A stretch of 64,000 nt of DNA from Antedon mediterranea (lineage: Eukaryota; Animalia; Echinodermata), in assembly GCF_964355755.1 (NCBI RefSeq), contig NC_092679.1, forward strand, positions 22,923,432 to 22,987,431, given 5' to 3'. Made by a program: the position numbers and the translations under genes. Positions 26,201-37,818 of the stretch are shown piece after piece; position 1 is the stretch's first letter, and the number at the start of each line of letters is the position of its first letter. The notes under the pieces were generated by a model. The model made no database searches. It worked only from the letters and a program-made list of their open reading frames with translations, and was not told the DNA's origin.

Positions 26201-29200
26201 GATTACCAATATCAATAATTGCTAAGTGAGAGATGATGATACCACGTTTCTGAAGGAATGAGGTCAAACAAGTTCAGTTGTCCAACGACAGGCAACATTT
26301 GTTTCTTCACCTGTTTCCTGTACTTCTAGCCCCTTGTTTATGTAGTTAGTTCAATGTATTATCAACTATCTTTAACACATAAATTTGTATTCCATCTCAG
26401 CTGTTATTACTAAAGATGGTTTTTATTAAGTGGACACAAAAACTCTTGTTTTGTGGTACTTATACATTTGAAAACAATTATTTGGAATTAGAGGTTATAG
26501 CTGGGTTCTTATTTTTGATAATATCCACACTTTAACAAAATTCATTTCAGATTTGCTGTATACAAACTTGATATAGAACATTTTGACCAGGGAAATTTTG
26601 ATTTTGCGATGACTTGGGAGTTTTGACGTCATATGGGGCTACTATTCGCAAATGTTGAACATGGTTTGTCAAATTTGGTCAATTTTTGTCATACCAAATT
26701 TGGTCAATTTTTGTCATACCAAATTTGGTCAATTCTAAGTGGGCCTACAGGTGACTATCTTAAATTCTATTATTAAACTATTTTTGGTACATCGCACGGT
26801 TGTCTTAATTTTACATAGATGATGACTTGGACTAATGATGTAGTGCACTTCGTCCTAGGTCTTATGTCATTTCAAAGGCTACCTGCCAATGTTGTTAAGT
26901 GATAAATCGGTAGGGGCTATTCTCATAAGCCTTATAGCTAGTATTTATTATGTTTACCTTTTAAAACTTCGCAATGTTGACCTGTGAACCCTTGCTGACA
27001 AAAACATACGCTTTGAATTCCAATCTCCAAACACGTTCCTCCATTTTGACAGACATTTATTGCACATGCAGAATCTAAAATGTCAAAAAAGTATGTTTTG
27101 TTTGGGCAGATTATTTCAAAAAACTTGTTCGGTGTATTGATAAACTATTTTGTTCACCACCTTCATGAAAAGTTCTCTAATTAGTATGTATTAAATAACA
27201 ATGATATTTTAACAAACACTGGAGATAAATGGTATTTTATCCATATGTGCCAACTTTGAGGGTGAGGGGGGACTGGGGTCTGATTGAAAATATACAGAAA
27301 GAAATTAAGATATGATGAATATGCATTGTTTCTGTTTACAATTTTGTCATGATACAACTTTCGAAATTCAAATTTATGGCATTTATTTTCCATATAAAAA
27401 CTATTAGTGACCTTTGTATAATTTCATTACATTTTTACTTTTGAGTTCAAATCTGCACATGACCATGAGGCCAACTCTATATGCCTCTTAATCTAGTGGT
27501 GTGTTGTGAAAAAGAAGTCGCATTATAAGACGTGTTATCGCACCGTATCTTATTCGTGATTTCAATCTTCTCAACTTCTCACACGGGTGACTCATACGTT
27601 TACTGCAACAGCCAATGGTATACTTATATATTTTACCATACATTACCGTAGTTTAATATATAATCAATGATCGATTAAAACCATTAAAAAAAATAGCTCA
27701 CCTCCGATGTCGTATTCACAGATACTCCCAGTGAAACCATCTGCACACATGCAAAAATATCCAGATGCAATACGTACATCTAGTTCGCACGCGCCCTCGT
27801 TCTGGCAAGGGTTGCTGTGACACGCATCTGAAAAATGATTTAAAATGTCCTAATGTTGTTCAAGGATGACTAATTATTAAAACAATTGGGTTAATTAGCC
27901 GATCGCAAAAACCTGTTTTTATAAATAGATGGTTGTAGGCTGAGCCATCTGTTCACTATGTTGCAAGTTATTAATTCTCTCTGGCTATATATCTGACCTT
28001 TTAATTTTACTCTCGTTTTAAGTTGAATTACATAATTATTTTCTTATTTGTAACATTTAATGTAACATTTAATGTGACATAAATAGTACAACATATGTTA
28101 AACTTTTTTTCATTGAATTTTTAACAGAATTAGAGACTTTTGCATGCAGGCGAAAAAGAGAACCAAAATAGATGCTTGAAGCGAGTTGAACAAGTGACAG
28201 TTTGGATAATCCATTGCTTGTGATTGTTGCAGTTACATTGTTACAAATCTTACAAGTGAGAATCAAGCTTAAGCTGTCTACACTATCAAACAAGTTTGAC
28301 AAAAAAGTGTGATGTGTCCAAATATGTTAGTGGTATGCCCAAACATGGTAGTGATATGACATCATCATGTCCATATATTATGGGCACATCACATTTTTTT
28401 GTCACATAAAGTTTGATAGTGTAGACAGAGCTTAAAGGTAATTACCTGTTAAACAGTTTGAACCACTGTATCCTGGTGTACAGAAGCAAGTATAGTTGCC
28501 CACACCATTTACACATGTACCGCCATTTCTACACAAGTCTGCATTCGCTGCACATTCGTCCTTATCTATTTCACAATTTGTTCCCTTCCACTGCGGCAAA
28601 CACATGCACGTGTATTGGTCACTCGAATGGCTTACACACATTCCATTGTTTTGGCATGGATTAACCGTACAGGCATCTAAACAAAATAAACATTTATAAA
28701 ATAATTATAAGTAAATCCTAATACAAACATGGAACAGAAGTAATTGTCAGAGGAATGAAGGTATCAAAATGGAACATATTAAAGAACAACGGATAGTGAA
28801 AATACAATTTTAGATGTATTTAATAATTTTTAGTTTAACATGGAGATAATCAGTGGCATAATGGCTATGAGCGCTTACTGGCTAAACCTAGGGGCCTAGA
28901 GCATGAGCAGCTCAATGCAACTACCCAGCATTGGAGGGCCCGTCAAGAGTTCTAAACCAGGGGAATTTTTCCCCTTGTGTTAATGCCACTGGAGCTAATG
29001 AAGGTATATCATTATCGGAGTGTTATCATTTTTTGTTTACATAACACTGTTGAAAATGCGGTGTACCTTCTCTTCAGTGTAATTTTAACTTCTATATAAA
29101 AGTGCGACAAAGTCATCAGTCTCATAACACAAAGCTAGCAGTTCATGACATATCATCACCAATCAGGTTTTGTATTATATGTTTAACATGGTAACACTAT

Positions 29201-32200
29201 TAAGCGCACTAAATGGTTTGTAACAAGTAATTGCTTAGTCTCAGAGTGGTTTTTCTTGGGTTCTTATTTTTATTAGTTGGTAAAGAAATCAATCAACATT
29301 ACAGAAATGCATAAGCTCTGTCTACACTATCAAACTAGTTTGACAAAAAAGTATGATATGCCCAAATATGGTGGTGACATGCTTAAATATGGTAATGATA
29401 TGACATCATCAACATCACATTTTTTTGTCACATAAAGTTTGATAGTGTAGACAATGCTTAAGGGAAAACAAAATCAGCTGTTCGTGTCAATATTAACATT
29501 CACAACAGAATTTAAAATATTTCATTAAAATGTATATTAATAAAATACTCCCCCACATAGACAATTAATGTTAGTTATTACATTAGATTCATTTAGGAAT
29601 TTAGCCCTATAAATACTAACAATTATGGGATAATAAAAAGAATACCCAGGAAGGCCATAACAACAATAACAAATATCTACCGTATATAAAATACACCGCT
29701 TTTCATTGCCAACTAACTGTCAACAAATATCTCATTATTACAATTTCAGCAGACATGCCTATTTATAGGACACTTTTCCATGAAAAATAATGTTTTTAAC
29801 ACTATGGCCAACCCTTATTGACGACACACCCTTTACACTGTGTGTAACAGGAGTACTGTAATGTGTGTGGACTACCTTTAAAAGCACACGTACTATAGTA
29901 CTTTTGTAGAAGTAATATTTTAACAACAATGAACAAAACTTCAAACTGAACAATTTCAAACAAATAAACCCTTAAAAATGTATTATATGGCACTTCTGTA
30001 CTACTTCTCATGAACAACCAATAATAGTTATCATTCAACAAAAAAACAAATTACCACTTTCAAGGTGCTAGGATCAACTATATAAATTTTATACTAATAA
30101 TTTATAGGAAAAGCCTAACTGCCCAATCCATCTATCTATCATTTGCTGAGCTCATTTAGCAGCAAGTGTATTATACAGTGGTGATTTGACAGGTTGATAG
30201 GCGCTGCGTAATTGCAGAATTAAGCGCACTATTGGCTTTAGTGGTTATTAGTGAAAATCTTGTATGCTGTAATGGTAGATTACTGTTGTATTAGGCTCTC
30301 TGGTTTACTATATCCATGCTACTGTACTCAGTAGGCCTACTGTAAATCTCAATGGTCAAATATAAAAAAGTTAGATGGACCTTTATACTCTATGGATGGA
30401 CTGAATTAGAAAGTAATAATATTGTTTTTACAGTTTACATGGAATATACACTAGTAAAGTAAAGCTCTGTCTTAGTAACAAATGTTATGTGACAACAAAA
30501 TGTGATGTGCCCATATATGGAGATGATGATGTCATACTAGTACTACCATATTTTGGCATATCACTACCATATTTGGTAACATCACACTAGTTTGATAGTG
30601 TAGACAGAGCTTTAGGATTGCTGTATACATGTGTTTCCAAAAAGGTAGAATTAATTTCTCGATGTTTCACTTGCTTTTTTTTTTCAGTTTATTTTATACT
30701 TTTATTTACTATCAAGTATGAGGAAGTAGATAGGTGTTTTTAAATGTTTCTTATTGTATATGCAAGTCAATTCACCTATTTATTTCTTAGCTGGGCTAAG
30801 CAAACAAAAAGCCAAATACCTAACATGTTAGGTGTGAGGAAACTATTGTAAAGAAATCCTAATAACACAATAAAGTCAACAATAAAGGTATATAGTATAC
30901 AAAGAAATTCCAAATCAAAAGCTCCCCAACGATAATATAAAAACCTGTACATTTCAATGGATTGTTTGTGCCTTTCAGTCTGTTTTGCTGTTAAATGTAG
31001 GCATATAAATAAATACAGTAGAATCTGTTATAAGGGGACACCTTTCAGACCCGCCAAAGCATATACCCCCCCCCCCCACCTCCCCTTAAATGCATTTAAT
31101 AGGGATTGGACATAAGGAGAGCGCTACTACCATTTAGTATGTGTCTGAGGTGGAGGTAAAGGGGGGATGTTAGGAGTTTGTAGAGTTTAAACTCTCTTCT
31201 AAACCACCTTCAAATTTTCCAGTTTTTTGTACCACTTTGTGAAAAGCTTACACAATTTAACGGCCCCTTTGAAAATTGCAGATTCCATCTGTTAATTATC
31301 GACTAATTGTACAATAAAACTCACATCACCTCTTAAAGAAACCTTTATTTACAACTTATGACATAAGTATAGACAAGAAATCTGGGTTTTAATTAACACA
31401 TTAAAAAGCTCATCAATATTTTGTGTATGGCCTGCTACCAAGATGTTTGACAATCAGCTGTGTGACAATCTAGAATTGTAAATTAGAGATGGCAGGTGAA
31501 ATGTTTGAACTCTTTACATTGTCAGGGAAGTTAGTTAAACAATACAGATTCAGTGACGTTTCTTCCTCTCTTATGATATGGTACGATAGACTTAATACAG
31601 AATATAGAATTTTAACACGCATACAAAAGAAAACTTTCTGTGCACTTTATAGAAACAAACAGGCTGTTGCATGGGTATCCATTATGGTATTTTATCCACT
31701 TACTGTCTCCAGAAATATTTCAATCAGAATTCACAATTTTGAAATATTTCACAGATGAGGAATTGACCGGAGGTCCAAGAGGCTTCGTTAAGGTGTGCCA
31801 TTGCCACTTCTCTACAAACTTAGTACATGCAAACTAATATTTGAGTTTTACTGTACATAAGAAGTACAGTATAAATAAGTTTTTTTCAATAATGTAATAT
31901 AATACTGACATGTCCTAAAGTAACATCTTGTGGCCTGATAGATCACATGGATTTTTAAGATTACATATAAGCTGTATATGTTGTGAATCTATATGACCAA
32001 TATCCATATTGTAATTTTAAGTGCAATGTAACAAGACCTGAACTTCAAAGAAACTTCAATTAATTCCAATATAATAAGGCTGTCTCCTAAAATTGAGTAC
32101 AGTATTTATCAAAGAGAGTTACACGTTATGGTTAATGACTTAGATTTTACTATCAACAGGATAAAGTTGGATCTACATAAGGTAAAATATAAGTGTCAAT

Positions 32201-35200
32201 GTTCTGTAAAAAAACAAAGTTAAAAAAAACCTAATAGATATTGGGATTATTTAGGATCTAAGATATTGGGATTATTTAGGATCTAAGATATTGGGATTAT
32301 TTAGGATCTATTAGATATCAGATATGTCAAATAATTGATAATGTGTGGGCACAAAAACAAGTAATTTACTTTGTCTAACTGGAATCCTATAAGGCAGCCG
32401 CAATACATAAAAATATAACAAATATTGTTAACCAATTGATTAATGAGTATTAACTTTATAATTAGTACTCGGGAATGATATTATGTTCTCGGGAAATATA
32501 TATTCACTTGAACATAATCTCATTCTCTCTGAGATGTCAAATCTTATATTTAACCTCTAAGCAGTCAATATCTGTATATTAATGAATCATAAACATACTA
32601 ACCAACTAACTACTAGAGTATAATACTACGACTGAGTTTTATTTTCTTGGTTTCAAATAGTCTACTGTGCATTTTGTGGTACAAAGTAAACACAATTATA
32701 ACAAGGTAATGTACTTTTAACAACCTTTTCACCATTTCAAAATCAGTCTCATCATAACAGGACGTTAACCACTTGCTTTAACTTGTGTAAAAAAGGGAAT
32801 CATATTATATTAATTTATATTGTTGGTATTATTGTTATCAAAGCTTGTATTTTATCGTTATCAACAGAAAATGAATTTCCGATATTTGACATGTTTAACA
32901 ACTTTTCTTATCTTATCTTTTAATGTTATCACAGTACAGTTTTTAGGGTATAGTATGTTTCTGCAGCATAGCTCCAAATTAAACAGTTTATTTACTGCAT
33001 TTCTGCAAAACTTGACAAGTACTGTATTTGATGGTTTTAATAAGGTGAAAAACATTATAAATTAAAATATGATTTATGCAGGCCTCACTTATAACTGTGT
33101 GTACATTCTTTGTTTTAAAATTCTTTACAATTTGAAACCACAAAAGCACAAGTGAGTCATGATAGAGTTCCTCACCACCCACTTAGATTATGCTTAATGT
33201 TTCATATAGTACTTAAACATTATATTTAAAACCAATACAGTACTGTAGAACTCCTTCTTTTGCATACCTCCATTCAAGAAAGACCAGTAGTGGATTTAGA
33301 ATTTGGAAATTAGGGGAAGAAAGAGGGCCTAAAACCTGTAAAATGTTGTGCTGAAGTTAACCTAATTTCTAATATTTTGCATTGTAATTTTTCAGAATTT
33401 AGGGGGCTTTGGTCGGGCTGAGCCTCCAATTCGTACACTACAACTTTGATATGACAGATGGGATGTTGTAATTGCAAGGGTTATCATACTATGTAAGAGG
33501 CATTATGTACTAGACAGAAAGACAATTCAACCTCATCCTTCAGTTGGGACACAACGATATTGGTCCCATGTATGTTTCCATTCATTGTGCATGATAAAAA
33601 CCTGGTACACTATTCCAGAGTTGGGGATCATTGTACTAAACAATGGTCCCTATTGGGCCCTCAGAGAGAAAAGTCTCTTACTCAATCCAGTTTAAAGAAC
33701 TGTACATTAAGAACACTTGCTTGCGAATAGAAGTAGTACAAAAGGAATAACCTCTGGACATGCCCATGGTACAAATCACAATATAAATAAGAAATACCTG
33801 AATAAATACATTTACATGCAGTACAAACTAGAAAAAAAAACATGCTTAGTACAATGATCCCAATCCATAATTATAAAGTAGATCGCTTTTGAGAACTCAC
33901 TACATAGAAACAGATGTTTAAACATTTAAAAACAGACCACGTTTAATTAACCAATTTGATACTTTCAAAAATATATTGAAGTCAATTTTTGTCATAACGA
34001 CACGATAACTTTGCAAAGTGTCTTAACAAATTGACTAAAATGACATTTATATCGACATTTAATGATATTAATGATGTAATAATAATGATAAATTTATGTT
34101 TATGTATTTTAAATGACCCTAGGTTTCATTCATGTGATATATTATGAAACTTGAAAGCGAATGCTGAAATCTGTGGCTGACAAACAATATGCACTGTACT
34201 ACTTTTTGATGTAGAAATACATTATAAATACATAGTGCATTTTTAATAGGCATTATAAATGACATATGTTCAGAACAATCTGTTTAATTTGATTTATATT
34301 AATACCCTATATAGAAATAGAACACAAATAGAACTACTGTTAATGATATACTCTCAATCTCCTGAAAAAGTTCTTTTCCCAGGGAATTGATGGACGACGA
34401 TAAATAAATGAAAGCACTCAGAAACTGAGTGAAGCACTTGGCAAAAATATTGCCACAGAGAGCGCACGTTTGGTATTTCGGCCCATGTTAAAAGAAAATA
34501 CACGTTTCTTTTTTTTATTTGTTACGTTATAAATGAACAAAGTCCTTCATTTAGGAGATGTTATTTTAGGTGTGAAAACATGTTTAATCAACTTTAATTG
34601 AATAATTTCTTTAATAATATGACTATAATTAAAACACATTACAGTAGTAAAGGATAGCGTTTCCACTGTTTGTTTTCATTTCTTTATAAGCTTTAAAAAC
34701 TACATCTTCTGGTTTAGTGATCAAACAAACCGCTATCAAGAGAAGGTGTTCCAGCTAGGCTGGTCAGTTGGTGTTCTTTGGGTAGCATAACAACCCTTAT
34801 GTCAGGCCTTGGAGAAATTGAGTTAATTCTTTTTTACAAGAGAAATAAACCTTGGGTTGATTAAGTAACTAATTAAAAAATACACATTATGTTTGAGTTT
34901 TATTACATCATCAATGAACACATAAAAAGTAAAAGAGGACTGTACTATTATTTCCTGTAGTTGGTTGGGACTGAAAACCTGTTAAAGTTTATAAGTGTTA
35001 TGCGCGATTTGAACGATTTGCGCAATTTGAAATTGCGCAAAAAAAATCCTTGCGCAATTTGAATTGAAACATGTGTTTCAAATTGCGCAAGCAACGTATT
35101 AAATTGCGCAAGTAATCTGCAAATTGCGCAAGGTTTTTCGACAGATTGTGAAATCATGCACACCCATATTTTTATAGTAATTTCTAAGAATGATTCAAAA

Positions 35201-36284
35201 TTAAAGATAAATATCGCATTTCCTTATTTTAGTAGTGCAAATATTGTTATAAGTTAGCATACCGTCGAAGAACCGACGAAGGAAAACGAAGCGGTGGTGT
35301 TCCACCAGGCGGGCGCGGCGCGGGCGGCCGGCTATACTACTCTAGCCTAGCTAGGGTCTGGACTACTGATACTGACTAGGTTACATGGCCTAGCTTAAAC
35401 TAATATTAAAAACTTAAAAAGTGAGTATTAAACATTATCTTCATTGAAATGGTCTTATTTATATAATAAAATACTAAATTTTAAACTCCTCTGCCTAGGC
35501 CTAGCCTAGCCATGTATGAGAAAATTTACAGTTCGTTTTCAAATTGCGCAAAGGTGTCATATTGCGCAAGAACTATCTTGCGCAATTTACAAATTGTGCA
35601 GCGCAATTTAAAATTGCGCAAAGATTTTCTTGCGCAATTTGAAATTGCGCAAGTTGATTGCGCAATTTGAAATTGCGCAAAAAAATCCTTGCGCAATTTA
35701 AAATTGCGCAAGAATTCTTTGCGCAATTTCAAATTGCGCAAGGATTTTTTTGCGCAATTTCAAATTGCGCAAATCGTTCAAATCGCGCATAACATAAGCA
35801 TTAATAATTAATTTTAATTTAAGTAAATGCTAAACATTGCATTATGATGTCATGTTTTAAAATGATTTTAAAATGCATTTCTATTCTCAGTAGAAGAAAT
35901 ATTATATGTGAGACTTAATAAGAATTATGTACAGTAGTCAAAAATAAAATTAAGGTAGGCTTAGCCCTAGATTAAACTGAAATGGGACGGAGCCGTGAGT
36001 TCTTATCCTCACAGAAAATGGATGGGGTAGCCTAAGCTTTCTTCACGTTTTAGGGGGCCTAGCCGCTTACTTAGCCCAAACGGTACACCGTCTCCCTTTT
36101 TTGTATCATTTTTCTAAAACAAATGCTTAACATTATCCTATAGACTAGCTCTAAATGTTTTAAATGACGGTAAAAATATAATTATTTATTTTAATAAGTT
36201 CGAATTACCTGTGCTTAGAACTTCCCTTGGCCGAGTAGCGCTCACCAGGACGATTAGCACAATCCACTTCATTACAGATCTCAT
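17182..36284 (-). CDS. Uncharacterised type I membrane protein, 14 coding exons, 508 aa: signal peptide, 6 EGF, VWC-like, SEA/ferredoxin-like, TM, cytoplasmic tail (Notch-ligand/DLK/Jagged-like architecture)
   Basis: Exons 36209-36284, 28446-28676, 27702-27827, 26958-27074, 25846-25968, 23024-23146, 20912-20978, 19786-19830, 19405-19476, 18941-19004, 18302-18403, 17841-18050, 17450-17530 and 17182-17271 are all GT-AG and phase-compatible, giving 1527 nt from ATG to TAG. Extra exons in the 7.5-kb first intron cannot be excluded. Confidence 0.85.
17450..17530 (-). CDS. EGF-TM gene exon 13 (cytoplasmic, VHRQRSES...)
   Basis: TTTTTTCTAG acceptor, GTAAGT donor, 81 nt, phase 0-0. Basic residues follow the TM helix. 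Confidence 0.8.
17841..18050 (-). CDS. EGF-TM gene exon 12 (S/T-rich stalk plus transmembrane helix)
   Basis: [24 protein letters not shown] hydrophobic helix. TTACAG acceptor, GTAAGT donor, 210 nt. Confidence 0.85.
18302..18403 (-). CDS. EGF-TM gene exon 11 ([17 protein letters not shown]...)
   Basis: TTTTTAG acceptor, CAG|GTAAG donor, 102 nt, phase 0-0. Confidence 0.8.
18941..19004 (-). CDS. EGF-TM gene exon 10 ([21 protein letters not shown])
   Basis: TTCTCTTTTTCAAG acceptor, GTAAGT donor, phase 2-0. Confidence 0.78.
19405..19476 (-). CDS. EGF-TM gene exon 9 ([23 protein letters not shown])
   Basis: TTTATTTTACAG acceptor, AAG|GTAA donor, 72 nt, phase 2-2. Confidence 0.8.
19786..19830 (-). 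CDS. EGF-TM gene exon 8 ([15 protein letters not shown], second half of the VWC-like module)
   Basis: TTTTTACCTTTCAG acceptor, GG|GTATGT donor, 45 nt, phase 2-2. Completes the C-x2-C-x-C..C..C pattern. Confidence 0.85.
19881..20632 (-). mobile_element. Helentron-associated non-autonomous element (HINE/DINE-1-like)
   Basis: Minus strand: T-run, 5' subTIR AGTCGCGT with adjacent inverted repeat CGACT, (GTCT/GTCG)n microsatellite, 3' subTIR ACGCGACT, small GGC..GCC hairpin, then CTTGTTTT. No target duplication. Confidence 0.75.
20912..20978 (-). CDS. EGF-TM gene exon 7 ([22 protein letters not shown], first half of the VWC-like module)
   Basis: TTTCACAG acceptor, TG|GTATGA donor, phase 1-2. Confidence 0.85.
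22733..22931 (-). mobile_element. 5'-truncated SINE with Deu/Nin central domain
   Basis: Minus strand CGGATAAGGGCTATAAACCGTAGGTCC...TTAAAGAACC...TTTCGAGAAGAGTAGGGGGTTACCCTGGTG matches the DeuSINE core as recalled. TATAAA-repeat tail. Confidence 0.75.
23024..23146 (-). CDS. EGF-TM gene exon 6 (EGF6)
   Basis: [12 protein letters not shown]...[14 protein letters not shown], 123 nt, phase 1-1. Confidence 0.93.
23228..23352. mobile_element. ~150-bp MITE family A, right end degraded
   Basis: Starts AGCTCTATCTACACTATCAAACT; internal GATGTGCCCATAT..ACTACCATATT is shared with the other copies. Confidence 0.8.
25503..25663. mobile_element. MITE family A
   Basis: AGCTCTG..ACACTACCAAACT ... AGTTTGATAGTGTAGACAAAGCT TIRs. 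Confidence 0.85.
25699..25740. mobile_element. 28-bp hairpin insert with 7-bp target duplication (footprint-like)
   Basis: CATCAAG + CAGGGAGTTGT-CTAATA-ACAACTCCCTG + CATCAAG. Confidence 0.65.
25846..25968 (-). CDS. EGF-TM gene exon 5 (EGF5)
   Basis: [13 protein letters not shown]...[14 protein letters not shown], 123 nt, phase 1-1. Not in the ORF track. Confidence 0.92.
26670..26734. repeat. 25-bp tandem repeat, ~2.6 copies
   Basis: Unit CAAATTTGGTCAATTTTTGTCATAC. Confidence 0.85.
26958..27074 (-). CDS. EGF-TM gene exon 4 (EGF4)
   Basis: [13 protein letters not shown]...[13 protein letters not shown], 117 nt, phase 1-1. Confidence 0.92.
27702..27827 (-). CDS. EGF-TM gene exon 3 (EGF3)
   Basis: [14 protein letters not shown]...[14 protein letters not shown], 126 nt, phase 1-1. 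Confidence 0.92.
28272..28432. mobile_element. MITE family A
   Basis: TIRs with TTAA-like flanks. Ends 13 nt from the exon 2 donor junction. Confidence 0.85.
28446..28676 (-). CDS. EGF-TM gene exon 2 (EGF1 plus calcium-binding EGF2)
   Basis: [14 protein letters not shown]...C-EIDKDEC...[18 protein letters not shown], 231 nt, phase 1-1. Confidence 0.93.
28851..28991. mobile_element. hAT-like MITE
   Basis: TIRs CAGTGGCAT / ATGCCACTG and 8-bp target duplication GAGATAAT / GAGCTAAT (7 of 8 match). Confidence 0.7.
29314..29458. mobile_element. MITE family A
   Basis: AGCTCTGTCTACACTATCAAACT ... AGTTTGATAGTGTAGACAATGCT. Confidence 0.85.
30463..30611. mobile_element. MITE family A
   Basis: AGCTCTGTCT ... 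AGTTTGATAGTGTAGACAGAGCT, with the shared internal sequence. Confidence 0.82.
32236..32310. repeat. 25-bp tandem repeat, 3 copies
   Basis: Unit AGATATTGGGATTATTTAGGATCTA. Confidence 0.9.
33621..33863. mobile_element. Degenerate MITE, unclassified
   Basis: GGGATCATTGTACTAA pairs with TTAGTACAATGATCCC about 225 bp away. No clear target duplication. Confidence 0.5.
34996..35794. mobile_element. Ginger-type non-autonomous DNA transposon (799 bp)
   Basis: TGT...ACA termini, long TIRs starting TGTTATGCGCGATTTGAACGATTTGCGCAATTTGAAATTGCGCAA, and 4-bp target duplication TAAG (34992-34995, 35795-35798). Confidence 0.8.
36209..36284 (-). CDS. EGF-TM gene exon 1 (signal peptide [25 protein letters not shown])
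   Basis: ATG at 36284, hydrophobic core, donor ACAG|GTAATT in phase 1 matching exon 2. Confidence 0.78.
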
Positions 36285-37818
36285 AGCAAGGTAAGGCCTT
36301 ATATTTACTGGAAGACTTTTGGCCTGGTCAAGTTGGTTAGTTGCAATACTCAATCTCGGTTCACCACTTTAAGAAACAAAAAAGCATTTTTAATTATTTT
36401 AAATTATACTAATTAATATAGTTATAATAAATACAGATAATGTTAAATATCCAACCCCACCAACAAGTAGAATCGCCCCAGCCTCATTTTGAAAGTTTAC
36501 AGCACTTCACTACTCTCGAGAGGATTTCGGCGAAACGACAGACGCAACAGATAATTCTGCTACCTTCACTTAGCCATCCCAATGAATATCATTTATAAAC
36601 TAAATCAACTTAATTTCGTCATTCAACATTGTAAGGACTCAATCCAGTAATTGATGACAGGCATGACAATTAAAAACAGAAATGATAAGGTGACAATTAC
36701 ACAAATGTAAACTGTTGGTTAATTTACTAATGAACTCACACAACAAACTTTCACAATATTGGCTGTTTGTAAACGTTCATACGGCAAAGTAAAGGATGTA
36801 TCTAATTATGTTGTTATATCAAAGTACTTCTGTTCGTAGCGTGTAGCTGTTTATTTAAATTTACACTATATACATACACCAGGTGATAGAAAATTGATGG
36901 CATATTCTCAACACAAATACAATACCGTTGAAGCTACCGGCTTCTACGGGGATCTTCTTTCTTCAATATAACATGATTTAATAATTCTCATGATGATTAT
37001 GATCAACATTGTCATATTTATCATAAATCATATCATCGTCTTTATCATCATCGTTATCATTGGTTTCATTTTCTTTGTTTCATCACCATTACAATATACT
37101 ATCCCAATCTCATTAATATACATCATGTTTGATAACCAAACTGAACCACAACCTCCAAACTGTTACGTTGAGGGGCGTGGTCATCAACCAGCGCCCCAAA
37201 ATTCCGTCCTCCTTTTGAAACCCCTGGATAACAATCACTCATTTTCAACATCTCTTTTGACAAACAGTAACAAAAGAATGGCTTTCTTTAGCATTGACTA
37301 TCAGTGTCATCTTGATCTGTCTCTACCCATCACCATTTTCAATCAAATATTACAACTATTCGTTGTAAGAAAACATTATTATGCTGTACCCGGGGACCAG
37401 TTCCTTTGGCTTTGCCGGCATAATACAATAACACCATACAGGCTTATATATCCTCCATGGTAAAAACTGAACATTAATAAAATACGAAAAATAAACAAAA
37501 TAAACAAGGAACTCTCAGTATTTCGTTTGATTGTTCTTTCATCATTTGTTCGCCGGGCAACCAGTACAGCGTGGTACGCTATCGATCTACTATTGTTTGA
37601 CTATTCGAACGAGAATAATAAAATACGGTCTATTTCACATCGAAATCAAATCATCTGTTGAGATAGTCGCTACACGGTACACACTAATTAACACACGCGG
37701 GTCCAGATCATCTTTATATGAAAAATAAAGCCAAAACAAATAGTACGATACCATTATATTAAGTTTAGTAATCGAGGGTGACTCGATAATAACTCGCTTC
37801 TATTTTAAAGAACCCAGT

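Noticed and set aside
34948-35741. Repetitive ORFs (LRNFKLRK)
   Set aside because: Translations of the Ginger-type MITE subterminal repeats; the same applies to 52843-53100 and 60589-60832.
17182-36284. Assigning a symbol such as DLL, JAG, NOTCH or DLK
   Set aside because: No DSL, C2, LNR or ankyrin domains were seen, and EGF similarity alone cannot establish orthology.
36990-37463. 157-aa ORF with a hydrophobic N-terminus
   Set aside because: The hydrophobic stretch comes from a degenerate (ATC)n tract, and the rest has no recognisable similarity.
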